This document shows, one piece after another, positions 10,599 through 20,795 of a stretch of DNA of 64,000 bases (its first letter is position 1; each line of letters opens with the position of its first letter). Location: IMG/VR virus record IMGVR_UViG_3300028840_008157, one strand, 5' to 3'. Origin of the DNA: a virus. Lineage: Duplodnaviria > Heunggongvirae > Uroviricota > Caudoviricetes. The notes under the pieces are model-generated. The model did not search any database, was not told where the DNA came from, and saw only the letters and a list, made by a program, of their open reading frames with translations. The translations under genes and the position numbers were made by a program.

Positions 10599-11558
10599 TC
10601 AAACCTCGTAGGCTGACGACACGCTGACGTCGTCGAAGTTGGGCGTTACCGTCAGGCAATATCCAACCGAGTAGTAATCGTTTACCTGCTCTATCGCGCC
10701 GGAGAAGCCGCCGGCCTCGACGAGAAGATTCGACCCGTGCCCGACCATGAACTGTCTGAAGCCAGAGAACCCGGAAAACGCGGGGTCTCCGCCCTTGGCC
10801 CAGGCGTAACTCGACAGCATGAGAGACGCCCTGCCCGGGACGAGGATCGCTACTTCGCCCGACGCCAAGTCCTGGGCGGTCGTCCCGTCTGCGCCTCTCG
10901 TGCATGACTCGAACGAGTCCTCCGTTCGATAGTCGTACCAGATGAACTCCTGGTTCGTAACGTGGCCGACGGGCGATCCTCCCAACGACGCGTCGACGAA
11001 AGGCTCGTAATCCTTGTATAGCTCGCCGCTCGAGCACGACCCGCTGAACGACTGCACGTTCGTCGTGCAATGGTCCGTCGTATTGACGGCGTTGAATTTA
11101 GTCATGTACCCGCGCTTCGGGAACAGGCTCGCCAGCGGGCACGAGATGCTCGAGTCGGACGCCCCCACGGGGCCCGTGATTTCGGCGCTGGCCACGCCGG
11201 CGGGTATTGGTATGCGGCCCCCCTCGATGACGTATCCAGCGACCGACGTGAGCAACCCGTCGTCGGCGATCCTCGCCAGGAGGTTCTCCACCTCCGAGAT
11301 GACACCAACGAGACCGCTCGTCGCGAGGCTCTCCCCTGACCATCCGGAGAAGGAGGAGAAGCCCGAACCGTCAAAATACCCGCTGAAGCCGCTAGCCTCG
11401 GAGCCGGCCGTGCCGACCAGGAATCTTTCGATGGCCCTGATTTCGCGATGATGCCTGTTGTATTCCGTAGCGTTGTAAATCAGCGGGCTGCCGTCCACCT
11501 CTGCGGACGTCTCGCGAGCGAGGTCTTTAGGCATGACTCGTTCCGGGAAGTACGCCAT
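10599..11558 (-). CDS. MAYFP-family paralog 1 (319 aa), GFSG-rich fibre-like protein
   Basis: N-term MAYFPERVMP...NATEYNRHHREIRAIERFL shared with the two next genes. Confidence 0.7.
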   Translation of the reverse strand: MAYFPERVMPKDLARETSAEVDGSPLIYNATEYNRHHREIRAIERFLVGTAGSEASGFSGYFDGSGFSSFSGWSGESLATSGLVGVISEVENLLARIADDGLLTSVAGYVIEGGRIPIPAGVASAEITGPVGASDSSISCPLASLFPKRGYMTKFNAVNTTDHCTTNVQSFSGSCSSGELYKDYEPFVDASLGGSPVGHVTNQEFIWYDYRTEDSFESCTRGADGTTAQDLASGEVAILVPGRASLMLSSYAWAKGGDPAFSGFSGFRQFMVGHGSNLLVEAGGFSGAIEQVNDYYSVGYCLTVTPNFDDVSVSSAYEV

Positions 11559-12808
11559 CAGGTGGTACCTCCATCGGGTTCTTCCATGCCCTTCGAGTTG
11601 GGTTGCATGTCCATCTCGGGCTGCTGCATCTGAGAGCCCACGAGGGTCGCGTGATAATTAACGTCGCCATAGGTCGGGACAAACGTGCCGTAATTGAACA
11701 CGTAAACGTCTCCCGTGGCGGCTTGCCGGAGCCTCATTCCATCCATCGGATCGAAGGCGTCCCTGGTCGTCCCGGCGATGGAAAGCGTCAGCGAGAGCCT
11801 GCCGTAGAAGACGGGGATGACGTACGCGGGCCAGTATTGTCCGTTGACGCCCCTGGTCGTATCGTACAATCCGTCGACAACCGCGTTGGCCTCTTCCCAC
11901 GTCAAGACGCCTTGCAAAGCGTAGGACACGTCGTTTGACTCGAGATAGTAGGACCCATCATCCCTCTGTCGAAGCAGCCCAAGGCCGCCCGTTAGGTCGG
12001 CGAAGCCAGTGAAGTCGGCGTCCGTCTGGAGAACCCTGAATAGGGCGGCGCGCCGTTGAACCTTCCACGCCAAGTCGGTCATGGTCCCGTACAGGCCGAG
12101 TATCTTGATCTCGTAAACGTCCATCCTCCTCCAGGCGGCGAAGTGCCTCGTGAAGAAGGCCCCGTCCTCGGCGTAGGCCGTCGTTATCGCGCGATGCACG
12201 GAGGTGTCATGCTCGACGTCCCCCGGATAGTCGAGCAGGTTGTTCTTGGTGGTCATGGCGGCGGCCGGCGACAACGCGTGCGATCCGGCGTACGTTCCTC
12301 CGTATCCCCTCTCGCATCCCTCGAAGGACTGCGTTGTCTTGGAGGAATACCTTATCCATTCCACGTTCGTGAAGCCGACCCTTTGCGCGTCGCGCTCGTC
12401 CATCTCGTTCAGGATGGATATGACGCCCTGATCCGGGAATCCAGCCGTCGAGGAGACCGTGATGCTAGAGTCATTCGATCCGGGGACCGTCAAGAGGAAC
12501 GTCCCCATGCATGGCTCCGGGAATATCACCCTGTTGCCAGAACGAACCATTCCCGAGGATACCGAGATGCCTCCGGCGGGATCGACCAGCGCGTTCAACT
12601 TGCTGATGACTGCGTTGGCCCTTTCCAGAATTCCTGCGGCGACGCCGGTCCCGGCGGCGTACAGGTCGCTGGCCCCGACGAACTCCTCGATCGCCCTGAT
12701 CTCCTCGTCGTGCGTGTTGTACCTAGGGGCGGTCATGGTCCCGCGACCCGCCAACGGGGACTGTTCTTTGGGCGTTAATGGCATTATCGCTCGCGGGAAG
12801 TAAGCCAT
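11558..12808 (-). CDS. MAYFP-family paralog 2 (416 aa)
   Basis: Track ORF 11558..12940 trimmed to internal MAYFPRAIMP start (44 aa in), which forms ATGA overlap with stop of upstream gene; conserved HDEEIRAIEEF. Confidence 0.7.
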   Translation of the reverse strand: MAYFPRAIMPLTPKEQSPLAGRGTMTAPRYNTHDEEIRAIEEFVGASDLYAAGTGVAAGILERANAVISKLNALVDPAGGISVSSGMVRSGNRVIFPEPCMGTFLLTVPGSNDSSITVSSTAGFPDQGVISILNEMDERDAQRVGFTNVEWIRYSSKTTQSFEGCERGYGGTYAGSHALSPAAAMTTKNNLLDYPGDVEHDTSVHRAITTAYAEDGAFFTRHFAAWRRMDVYEIKILGLYGTMTDLAWKVQRRAALFRVLQTDADFTGFADLTGGLGLLRQRDDGSYYLESNDVSYALQGVLTWEEANAVVDGLYDTTRGVNGQYWPAYVIPVFYGRLSLTLSIAGTTRDAFDPMDGMRLRQAATGDVYVFNYGTFVPTYGDVNYHATLVGSQMQQPEMDMQPNSKGMEEPDGGTT

Positions 12809-13983
12809 CAGCAGGATTCCTCCCCGGGCCTTAGCGGCGCGACCTCGTCCATGGTCTTCACCAGGACGGCCTGGTATTGCGCGTACGCCACGTGCCCGTC
12901 CTCGTTCCACGTGCCGGAGAACCCGCTCGGCGCGGTCCACCCGCGGAACTTGACGCTTCCGTCAGACCTGAGATAGCATTCGGCCTGCGCGATGTCCTCT
13001 CCTATGCAGCGGAGCAGCGTCGGCGAAACCTGAATGGACAGGCGTCCCTTGAAGACGAGATCCTGTGGCGCGTGCTGCGTTGGCGTCGATCCGAGCTGGG
13101 CGCGCCGAACGTTGAGGATTCGATTGTTGCCCGCGTCGAGTCCGGCGTAGAAGAGTATTTCCACGTTCTGGGCCTGCGCCGACGCCATCCTCTCGGCAAG
13201 CCTGTCTAGGACGTACTCCGGAACGATCGAGGTCGTCCCGGAGGCGACCGCGATGTCGTCCAGGTAGTACAGCCCGCTGAACCCGACGTACCCGCTGAAC
13301 CCGGAGAACCCAGAATAACCAGGAGGCGTGTCTTCCTGGGCGATGCTCGTCGGTCCAATCACGTTCGTGGGGTCGGGTATTCCGGAAGAGTCCGGCACGT
13401 CATGGAAAATCATGTTGGCCGAGTCGTTGATGATGGTCACGTATCCTATTTCCGGCATCCCAGAGACGTCCGCCAGCGTGACGTAATCCAGGTCGGCGGA
13501 CGGCATCTCCTCGGGGAACGTATGGGGGATGTAATCCCCAAGCGTCGTGATGGGCCAGCTTGTCGGGAAGACGATCTGTCCCGTCGATCCGCCCAGGACG
13601 TCGTTGCGGCAAGAGACGGTCCCGCTCGTCACGAGGACGAGCCCTTCTCGTATCGCGGATAGACGCGCGAAGATGTCCTGCAACGCGTCCATCAGGTTGT
13701 TGGTCGCCCCGGCGCATCCTGACGGCGCGGGGTAGCACCCGGCGGCGGCGGAAAATCCCTCCACCGACGAGAATCCCGTCGCCGTCGAGAACCCGCTTGA
13801 GGCCGCGCTGTAGCACAACCCGGGGAACATGGGCCGTCGGACGCCCAACGTCCGTTCGATCGCCCTGATCTCCTCGTCGTGCTTGTTGACGTCGGAGGCG
13901 TTGAGGATGTACTTGTTGCCGTTCACGTCGGCGGACTCGTCGGCGAGGCGAGAGGGCATGATGGATTCGGGGAAGTAGCTCAT
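12808..13983 (-). CDS. MAYFP-family paralog 3 (391 aa, MSYFPESIMP)
   Basis: Conserved N-terminus NKHDEEIRAIERTLG; GFSGFSGYVGFSG tract. Confidence 0.7.
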   Translation of the reverse strand: MSYFPESIMPSRLADESADVNGNKYILNASDVNKHDEEIRAIERTLGVRRPMFPGLCYSAASSGFSTATGFSSVEGFSAAAGCYPAPSGCAGATNNLMDALQDIFARLSAIREGLVLVTSGTVSCRNDVLGGSTGQIVFPTSWPITTLGDYIPHTFPEEMPSADLDYVTLADVSGMPEIGYVTIINDSANMIFHDVPDSSGIPDPTNVIGPTSIAQEDTPPGYSGFSGFSGYVGFSGLYYLDDIAVASGTTSIVPEYVLDRLAERMASAQAQNVEILFYAGLDAGNNRILNVRRAQLGSTPTQHAPQDLVFKGRLSIQVSPTLLRCIGEDIAQAECYLRSDGSVKFRGWTAPSGFSGTWNEDGHVAYAQYQAVLVKTMDEVAPLRPGEESC

Positions 13984-13992
13984 GCTCCGTCC

Positions 13993-16900
13993 TTATGGGG
14001 GCGTCTCGTTACCGCCGGTTTCCTCGGCCGACTTGTTCTTGTTCGCGTCGCATGGGTTCCCGCCATGCACGACGACCCTTGATAGCCCGTCGGCGTGGAA
14101 TACGCCGTCGTCCCTGTAAACGTGGAATCGACCCTTGAACGACCTGTACGCGTCGGCCTCGAATCCGGTCACGCCCTGTTGCTCGACGATGGCGCCGGCC
14201 TCGGTATCCGTCTCGTTGACCCCGATGGCCTTGTCCTCGGACTCCCCTACGGCGATCATCTCCTGATTGAAGACGCTATGGGAACCCCTGGTTATGACGT
14301 CGAAGGTCGGCGGGTGAACCTGGGGTTCGTCCGTGGTGATCCTGATGTAGACGTCCCCGGCCGTCGTGATCGGCCACGATTTATATTTCGGCAACGGCTC
14401 CGTCAAAGCCTCGTCCTTGAAGAAGTCGATCTTGAACCGTGATTCCGGCGCGACGAGGACGACGTTGTCGCATATCGGATACGACACGTTGAACTCGTCC
14501 TGAACCTGGACGCATACCGTCTTGAGGCCGTTGCCGCAGGTCAGCGACCAAGGGACGATCATCGTCTCGAGGTCTGGACCCGGCTTGAACGCCTGCCATG
14601 GGCTCAAGATGCCGTCCTCGTTGTAGGCGCGCCAGAACATGGTGCCAGGGGCCGTTATCCTCAGGCATACGTCGGGGACGTTGGTGTACTCTATGTCCGT
14701 TCCCGTCTCGCAATCCTGTATCGACATCGAAGCCCATGACTCGGTATAGGTCGGGGGGTCCAATGCCTGGAAGTGGGGCCTGCCGATCGACTCGCCCTCC
14801 CTCAGGCAGTAGATGCCGTATACTTCCTCGTGATAGTCCGGATTCTCCAGGGCGTGGCGATCGTCGTACCAAACGATGCCTATGCCGCCCGCCAAGTCGA
14901 CGTCGATGTCCGGATGAAGGGACGCGGATGGACCATGGGAGACTAGCATGTCCTTCCCGCCCTGGGCGCTACTGTACCATTCCAGCGCGGAGGTGACGTA
15001 GGAGGACATGAAGATGGCGGGCTTCGCCTGTCCTAGCCTGTAGTCGTGGTATACGACGCGTAGGTTCTGGTTCTTGTCCGCGACTATCCTGGGGAAGAGA
15101 CTATCGCCAGAGGCCGCTGTCAGCCGCAAGTCTCCGCCCCGTTGCCCGCTGCTTCGCCACGTCGCGCCCGTCTTGGACGCGCTCATGATCTCGAAATCCC
15201 CGAAGCGGTTGTCGTGCCATACCACCGTGATACGTTCCGCGTTCCCAACGTAGTTCACGGCCAGGTCCGGCATCAACGCCTCGACGGGGCTGTCGGTGAC
15301 CTTGATCGGGTTCAGGAAGCGTTGGCCGCCCCCGGTCGAGAAGGTATAGAACACGTCCGCCTTGCGGTCGCTCGTCTCGGTCGATTGCCAGACGAGATGA
15401 GCCTCCCCCTCGGCGTCGACCTTCACGTTGGGGAATTTGCCGGACGCCCCCCTTAGGCCGTGGTTGGTGACGCGCGTTTCTGCGCCGCCCATCGTCGGGA
15501 CGCTCCACGTGGCGCAATCCCCGTCATAGCGGGCGACGTATACCTCGTCAGAACCGGTCCTGTTCGAGTGCCACGTCAGCCAGATGTTGTCGAAGTCGTC
15601 GATGTCCATTCTCGGGTTGACGTTGTCCCCCTCGGTAGTCAACTGGAACGGGAGCGTCGCCCTGTATTGGTTATTGCACTCTATCTCCGTGACGGTGGCC
15701 CCGAGGTCTGGGGCGAACAACAGGTCCTCGGCCTTGATGGCCTCGTCCTGCGTCGGCACGCTCCCGATCTCGGTAACGACAGGACCATCGTCGGACCAGG
15801 TGACGAGCCATATCTGGCCATTGGCCGACGTCCCTATGATCTCGCCGACGATGTCCGTGAAGTTCTCTGGCGCCGCGACGAACAGGGCGTCGTTACCGCT
15901 GTCCAGCAGGTACAGGTTGCGGTTGGCCTTCACGATCTCGAAGGCCCTCATCATCGTTCCAACCTCGTACCTCTCGTAGCTCTCGGCCTCGACATCGAAT
16001 ATGTAGATCGTCCCGGTGGGATCGCTCGAGATGACGCCAGATGATATGATCTTGCCGGCGAACCCGCCATAGCGGTCCTCGTTCGGAACCACCATCGCGC
16101 CCCACAGGCCGACGGGGGCCCTAATCACCTTCGTGGCGGAGCCGTCTGAGGCTATCCTCCATAGGTTTCCCGTGCTCGTCACGGCGAAGAGGTCCCCGTC
16201 AAGATGATCAATGCCGGTAACGGTACCCGGGTCCTCAAGCGTGACCCATGGCTCCGTAACGACGGTGCCCTCGGAGGAGACGCTGACGATCTGGCCCGGG
16301 AGGTGCGATCCCACGTAGCTCTCGCCCTTTACGAACCCGTTCGCGCTCTCCTGGATCACGCAGAGCGGCACGTTCCCTTGCAGCTTCTCCAGATCGGAGA
16401 ACGGCGACTTCTCCCCGGCGCCGTCCAGTAATTCCAGGTTGTTCCTTGAGACGCCACCGGAATCGAAGTCGTAGCTGGCCGAGTATATGCCTTGGGCCGA
16501 CACCTTCAGCGTCGGCGTCGCTGGGACGATCTTGTTCAGGACGTATATCGCGCTGGAATATCCCAGCTCCCCTGGCGTTCCCCTCGTCTGTTTTGGCGCG
16601 TCGGCTATCGGTATCCAGCAACACGTCCCCCTAGGGGGCTCCTCGTAGGTGGCTCGAGCGGCCAGGAAGTCGTTGATGATGGGTATCTCGCTGGGGTCAT
16701 CGGTATGATATATCCACCTGCCATAGGATGGGATTTTGGGCCACTCGAAGAACTCTACGATGGACGTCAGGCCGTAGGGGTTAGCTGCTCCGGTCCGATA
16801 TATTGTCTTGCCCTTGGGGATCGCCTGTCCAGCCGAATAACCTCCCCCGAAGGTATATCCCCCGTGCCAAAACTTGTCAGCCGGCCTATTCCTTGGTGGT

Positions 16901-19896
16901 ATGTACGGCTTCGAGAGCATGATCCTGTTCTCGAGCTCGTAGTAGTCCATCTGGAGGGAATCCCCGATGTCGAACAGTTTGGACATCTCGAACACGGAGA
17001 CGGCGCCCCCTCCGTTGCCCTCCGTGATGCTTCCCAGATAACCGTCGTAAAAGATGGGCGCAAACAATCCCCTGAATGGAGGCAGCGTCCAGGGGACGAA
17101 ATACTGCTCGAACAGCCCCTCCTCGGTCGTCGACCAGATCACGTTTCCGGGCGCCGCTCCCTGGTAGATGATCTGGAAGTTAGGCGCGGGTTCCACGGTC
17201 GCGAAGTACATGTGGCCGGCGGCGAGCGTGAGCTTGTCCTTGGCGAACGAGTATATCGTTACGTTCTCGCCGGGCTCGAACCGGAACGTCTCCTCGTATA
17301 TTTTCTCGGAGGTGACCTGTGCCGACGTGACCTGTTCGGGGTCGAGCCTGTAGTCCGGACCCCTCCATATCTTCAGCACGAAGTCGTACGTCCTGGATGA
17401 CGCCTCCGTCGCGCCGGACTTGGGGACGAGAAGCGCGCAAGGATCGTCGTCGCACCTGAGCCTGCCAAGGATGAACTTGTAGTCGCCCTCGAGGTCTTCC
17501 TTCTTGAACACGAGCCTCAACCATTCTCCGGACGGGTCGTTTACGAAGACGTTCGTGTATATAGTCCCCGTCGCGTCCCCCTCGAGAGTAAACCTCGTGG
17601 GGCCATCCTCGTACTTGACCTGGGACTCTGATACGACCCGGCTGATGTCGACGGGATCGATGAAACTCGGCGGCAACGGCTTCTTCGGCGCCGGGACGAG
17701 CAACTGGTTGGACGCCTGCGGCTCCGGAAAGACGCGAGGAGCGAACTTGGGATAGATCGGCATCATGAGATGCCTCATCCTGACCGACTTGTCTGGAGGG
17801 GACATGAACATGACGCCGACGTTCTCGAAGTCGTAACGCTGGCCGAAGTCGCCCGCGCCGACGATGGAATTCGTGGACGTGGCCACGTAGGATGGGTCCG
17901 AAGTGATCCCCAGCTCTGACGCCTGGGCGTCCCACGCCTCCCTGTCGGACGACCTGCTGACCCCGGTCCACAAGCCGGACATGCTCGTCACGGTAGTCGT
18001 TCCCGTCGTTACGACGGGCGTCGTCGACGGGGCACCGGGCGGCAACTGATCGGGCTGTTCTTCGTCGACGCCGTCCTCGTAATAGAGCGCGGATTGCGGG
18101 ACGACCTGCCGGGGGGTTGATGGGCTGCTCCATTCCAACATCGCGACTCCCCGGCCGCCGATGTCGTAGTAATCGACGCGGATGTCGTACTTCTGGCCCG
18201 CGACCATGGGGATGTCGACGGTCGATTTCTCCATGCGCTCGTGATCGAACCACATGTCGACGTAGAGCGTCCCGTTGACCCAGAGGCGCCCCCCGTCGTC
18301 CGTCGTCAGGTAAAACTTGTAGTTCTCCGTGTATTGAGCCTCGACCTGGCCGCTCCATCGGGCGGAAAACGATCCGCGTGCCCCGGGGAACGGCATCGAT
18401 CCGTTCCAAGTGAAGTTGACGACCGAATCGACCCTTGAAAGGCGCAGGTCATCGAAGACGGTCGACGGGGCTCCCGTCGACGGGGCTCGCGTCGGGCCGT
18501 CGTAGAAGTATTGCCCCAACAGGCCGTTGCCCGTCGTCAAGGCCGGATCGGGTTCCGATCCCGTTACCGAAGCCGGGTCTTCGTAATCGTAGGTGATGAC
18601 CTCCTCGGTCTCCGTCGCGCCGAGATCGAGGAACAACGAATGAGTCCCCGTGCGGGTCAGCAACGTCCCGGACGACTGCGACGTCGGGAGGGTCATCTTC
18701 GAGTCGCCGTAGGAGAAGTAGTCCCCCACGTCGCCCGTCGAGACGTAGTTGGTGATGCTTCCGTCCGATAGCACGACCCTGACCGCGCCGGGAGTCGTGC
18801 TGGGAATCTCGGCGAACCCCCCTTGGGCGTGCGCTCGCCTGTTGCGACAGCCCAGGCGCGGCCCGACGCTTTCGGGATATACCTGCGAATACCACAACTG
18901 GAAACGGGTCTCGTCACCGTAGGGCTTGCTCTGCCATACGACGTGGAAGCGACCCTGGCTGTCCGCGACGACGTCGGGGAACATGGACGTCTCGAGGTCG
19001 CAGGACAATCTGAACTCGCAGGCCATCGCCTCGCATTGGTCCTCGGCGGCGAGGACGGAGAAGACGAAGGCGACGTCGCTCTGCGCGGTTGGCTTGTAAC
19101 CGAGGTCGAGAACGTTCACGGCCAGGACGGACTGAACGGTGAACTCCTGCTCGGAGTTGGCCCCAGTCTCGATCCTGATCCTGGTACCGCTCTGTACGCC
19201 GAGACGATAGAAGTCCACGTCCGCGTCCGTGCTTAGGACCACGGTCTGGGAAGTGGCGTTGACGTCCAGGATGCCCTGCGCGAGCCTCGCCACGAGGTCC
19301 GATTCGACGGTCTCGGCGGCGTTGTCGTCGCTGGAGCATCTCTGGCTCAGGTCGATGATCCCGCTGGGCGAGGTTGGTCCTCCGGACGCCCCCGAGAACC
19401 CGGAACATTCAGAGACCACTGGCCGAAAGCTGACATCGGAAATCTCGTAAGCCTCTCGCACGGCGCGGGCGCTCATTTGCGACGGCAAGATGCGCCCGTA
19501 TATCTCCCACGTGCCGTCCCTGTTGTCGTGCCAGAAGACGCCACGACGACCTGCCGGCTCGAACGCGACGGCAGGATGCAACGAATTACAGGCATGGGTA
19601 CTGATGCGTTGTTCGTTCTGGCAGAAACCCGCAGCCGCGACCTCCGCTACCTGTTGCCCGACGGCTTCCTCGACGAGGTCGTCGGCCTCGGCCTGCGCGT
19701 CGGCGGCCGCCTCCTCATCCGGGGTGGACTCCTCCTGCGTCGTCGCGGGAAGCTCTCCGGAGAGCTCGAGCGTTTGGAGCGCCTGTATCGCGGACTCGGC
19801 CTCGCTGACGGCGTTCTCGAAGAGCGCGTCGTCTATGTCCGAGGCCCCCGCGAGGAAGCGGTCTATCGCGGCAATGTATTCGTCGAAGCTCGCCAT
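13993..19896 (-). CDS. Giant (1967 aa) multidomain protein: PA14 domain (approx nt 17950-18450), many beta-propeller W-x-D-x-R-x-G..IY blades, C-terminal lectin/fibre-like regions
   Basis: PA14 signature region SARWSGQVEAQYTENYKFYLTTDDGGRLWVNGTLYVDMW...QKYDIRVDYYD; repeated VVWHDNRFGDFEI, VVYHDYRLGQ, IVWYDDRHA, LTWHSNRTGSDEVY; ATG at 19894-19896. Confidence 0.8.
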   Translation of the reverse strand: MASFDEYIAAIDRFLAGASDIDDALFENAVSEAESAIQALQTLELSGELPATTQEESTPDEEAAADAQAEADDLVEEAVGQQVAEVAAAGFCQNEQRISTHACNSLHPAVAFEPAGRRGVFWHDNRDGTWEIYGRILPSQMSARAVREAYEISDVSFRPVVSECSGFSGASGGPTSPSGIIDLSQRCSSDDNAAETVESDLVARLAQGILDVNATSQTVVLSTDADVDFYRLGVQSGTRIRIETGANSEQEFTVQSVLAVNVLDLGYKPTAQSDVAFVFSVLAAEDQCEAMACEFRLSCDLETSMFPDVVADSQGRFHVVWQSKPYGDETRFQLWYSQVYPESVGPRLGCRNRRAHAQGGFAEIPSTTPGAVRVVLSDGSITNYVSTGDVGDYFSYGDSKMTLPTSQSSGTLLTRTGTHSLFLDLGATETEEVITYDYEDPASVTGSEPDPALTTGNGLLGQYFYDGPTRAPSTGAPSTVFDDLRLSRVDSVVNFTWNGSMPFPGARGSFSARWSGQVEAQYTENYKFYLTTDDGGRLWVNGTLYVDMWFDHERMEKSTVDIPMVAGQKYDIRVDYYDIGGRGVAMLEWSSPSTPRQVVPQSALYYEDGVDEEQPDQLPPGAPSTTPVVTTGTTTVTSMSGLWTGVSRSSDREAWDAQASELGITSDPSYVATSTNSIVGAGDFGQRYDFENVGVMFMSPPDKSVRMRHLMMPIYPKFAPRVFPEPQASNQLLVPAPKKPLPPSFIDPVDISRVVSESQVKYEDGPTRFTLEGDATGTIYTNVFVNDPSGEWLRLVFKKEDLEGDYKFILGRLRCDDDPCALLVPKSGATEASSRTYDFVLKIWRGPDYRLDPEQVTSAQVTSEKIYEETFRFEPGENVTIYSFAKDKLTLAAGHMYFATVEPAPNFQIIYQGAAPGNVIWSTTEEGLFEQYFVPWTLPPFRGLFAPIFYDGYLGSITEGNGGGAVSVFEMSKLFDIGDSLQMDYYELENRIMLSKPYIPPRNRPADKFWHGGYTFGGGYSAGQAIPKGKTIYRTGAANPYGLTSIVEFFEWPKIPSYGRWIYHTDDPSEIPIINDFLAARATYEEPPRGTCCWIPIADAPKQTRGTPGELGYSSAIYVLNKIVPATPTLKVSAQGIYSASYDFDSGGVSRNNLELLDGAGEKSPFSDLEKLQGNVPLCVIQESANGFVKGESYVGSHLPGQIVSVSSEGTVVTEPWVTLEDPGTVTGIDHLDGDLFAVTSTGNLWRIASDGSATKVIRAPVGLWGAMVVPNEDRYGGFAGKIISSGVISSDPTGTIYIFDVEAESYERYEVGTMMRAFEIVKANRNLYLLDSGNDALFVAAPENFTDIVGEIIGTSANGQIWLVTWSDDGPVVTEIGSVPTQDEAIKAEDLLFAPDLGATVTEIECNNQYRATLPFQLTTEGDNVNPRMDIDDFDNIWLTWHSNRTGSDEVYVARYDGDCATWSVPTMGGAETRVTNHGLRGASGKFPNVKVDAEGEAHLVWQSTETSDRKADVFYTFSTGGGQRFLNPIKVTDSPVEALMPDLAVNYVGNAERITVVWHDNRFGDFEIMSASKTGATWRSSGQRGGDLRLTAASGDSLFPRIVADKNQNLRVVYHDYRLGQAKPAIFMSSYVTSALEWYSSAQGGKDMLVSHGPSASLHPDIDVDLAGGIGIVWYDDRHALENPDYHEEVYGIYCLREGESIGRPHFQALDPPTYTESWASMSIQDCETGTDIEYTNVPDVCLRITAPGTMFWRAYNEDGILSPWQAFKPGPDLETMIVPWSLTCGNGLKTVCVQVQDEFNVSYPICDNVVLVAPESRFKIDFFKDEALTEPLPKYKSWPITTAGDVYIRITTDEPQVHPPTFDVITRGSHSVFNQEMIAVGESEDKAIGVNETDTEAGAIVEQQGVTGFEADAYRSFKGRFHVYRDDGVFHADGLSRVVVHGGNPCDANKNKSAEETGGNETPP

Positions 19897-19897
19897 G

Positions 19898-20656
19898 TTA
19901 GCTCTCTAACGGGTTCGTTGCCTCCGGCTGGGTCTTCTTCTCGGAAGGGTTTTTCGCGTAACAGAACAACAACTCGTTTCGCTTGGCCGAGGCCTTTAGG
20001 TATTTCGTGAACGTATCGTCCCTAAGCCCATTGGCTTCCGCCCGGGCTTGCGACTCGGCCTGCAAGGCCGCATCCCTGGCGGCTTTTGAATCGGCGATCT
20101 TTTGCCTGGCGAACGTTGCCCGTTGTTCTTCTATCTTGATGAGTTTTTGAATCTCCTGAATCGCCTCGTTGATTTTTTCGTATCGGTTTCCCCTCAACCA
20201 TTGAGAGACGTTGATCTTCGACCTTTCCCCTTCGAGCCTGTCTTTTCTGGAATTAAGAGCGTTGATCTTCGAGGTCGCGTTGTCGACCTCGTTGCCCCAA
20301 TGAATCTCGTTCCGCGAATGTAGCACGTTGAGTCGTATCGCCTCCTGGGCAATGGGCTTGTATTTCTCGTAGGATTGTATGAATTCGGCGTACTTTTGGT
20401 TCATTGCCTTCAACGCGGTGTCGAACTCCTGTTCCAAGACCGAGCAATTGCCCGTTCCGGTGGCGACGAACGTCTTCGTGTTTGGATCGGAAATGATACC
20501 GGAATCCTCGGCCAACGCCGCGACTTGTTGGTCGTAGTACTCGGCCGCCGATATGACCCCCTCCTCCGTGGCGATGAAAACCTTCTTGGTGCTGGTAGTC
20601 TCGCCGCCCTCGTATCCATCGGAACCGCCTGACATGTTGGACATCGTGATGCTCAT
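19898..20656 (-). CDS. Coiled-coil protein of unknown function (lower GC than neighbours)
   Basis: Track start 20671 is TTG; first ATG at 20656 (MSITMSNMSGG); heptad-rich ...QEIQKLIKIEEQRATFARQKIADSKAARDAALQAE. Confidence 0.5.
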   Translation of the reverse strand: MSITMSNMSGGSDGYEGGETTSTKKVFIATEEGVISAAEYYDQQVAALAEDSGIISDPNTKTFVATGTGNCSVLEQEFDTALKAMNQKYAEFIQSYEKYKPIAQEAIRLNVLHSRNEIHWGNEVDNATSKINALNSRKDRLEGERSKINVSQWLRGNRYEKINEAIQEIQKLIKIEEQRATFARQKIADSKAARDAALQAESQARAEANGLRDDTFTKYLKASAKRNELLFCYAKNPSEKKTQPEATNPLES

Positions 20657-20795
20657 GGAGATTGCTCGCAATAGGGACTCAAGACGGCCGGGCCCAGCCT
20701 ATTCATTTCATTCTATGTACGACGGCCGTCTTCCTTGAAATAGAGACGGGCGGCCGGGATCGCCGGCCGCCCGCTGGATCAACGACCGGCCTCGC

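Noticed and set aside
3400-19800. Numerous 60-300 aa plus- and minus-strand ORFs nested inside the giant fibre genes (e.g. 5564..6472, 7478..8221, 9302..10351, 17180..18409)
   Set aside because: All are alternative frames of long, domain-bearing genes. Composition is Arg/Gly/Pro-skewed with no motifs.
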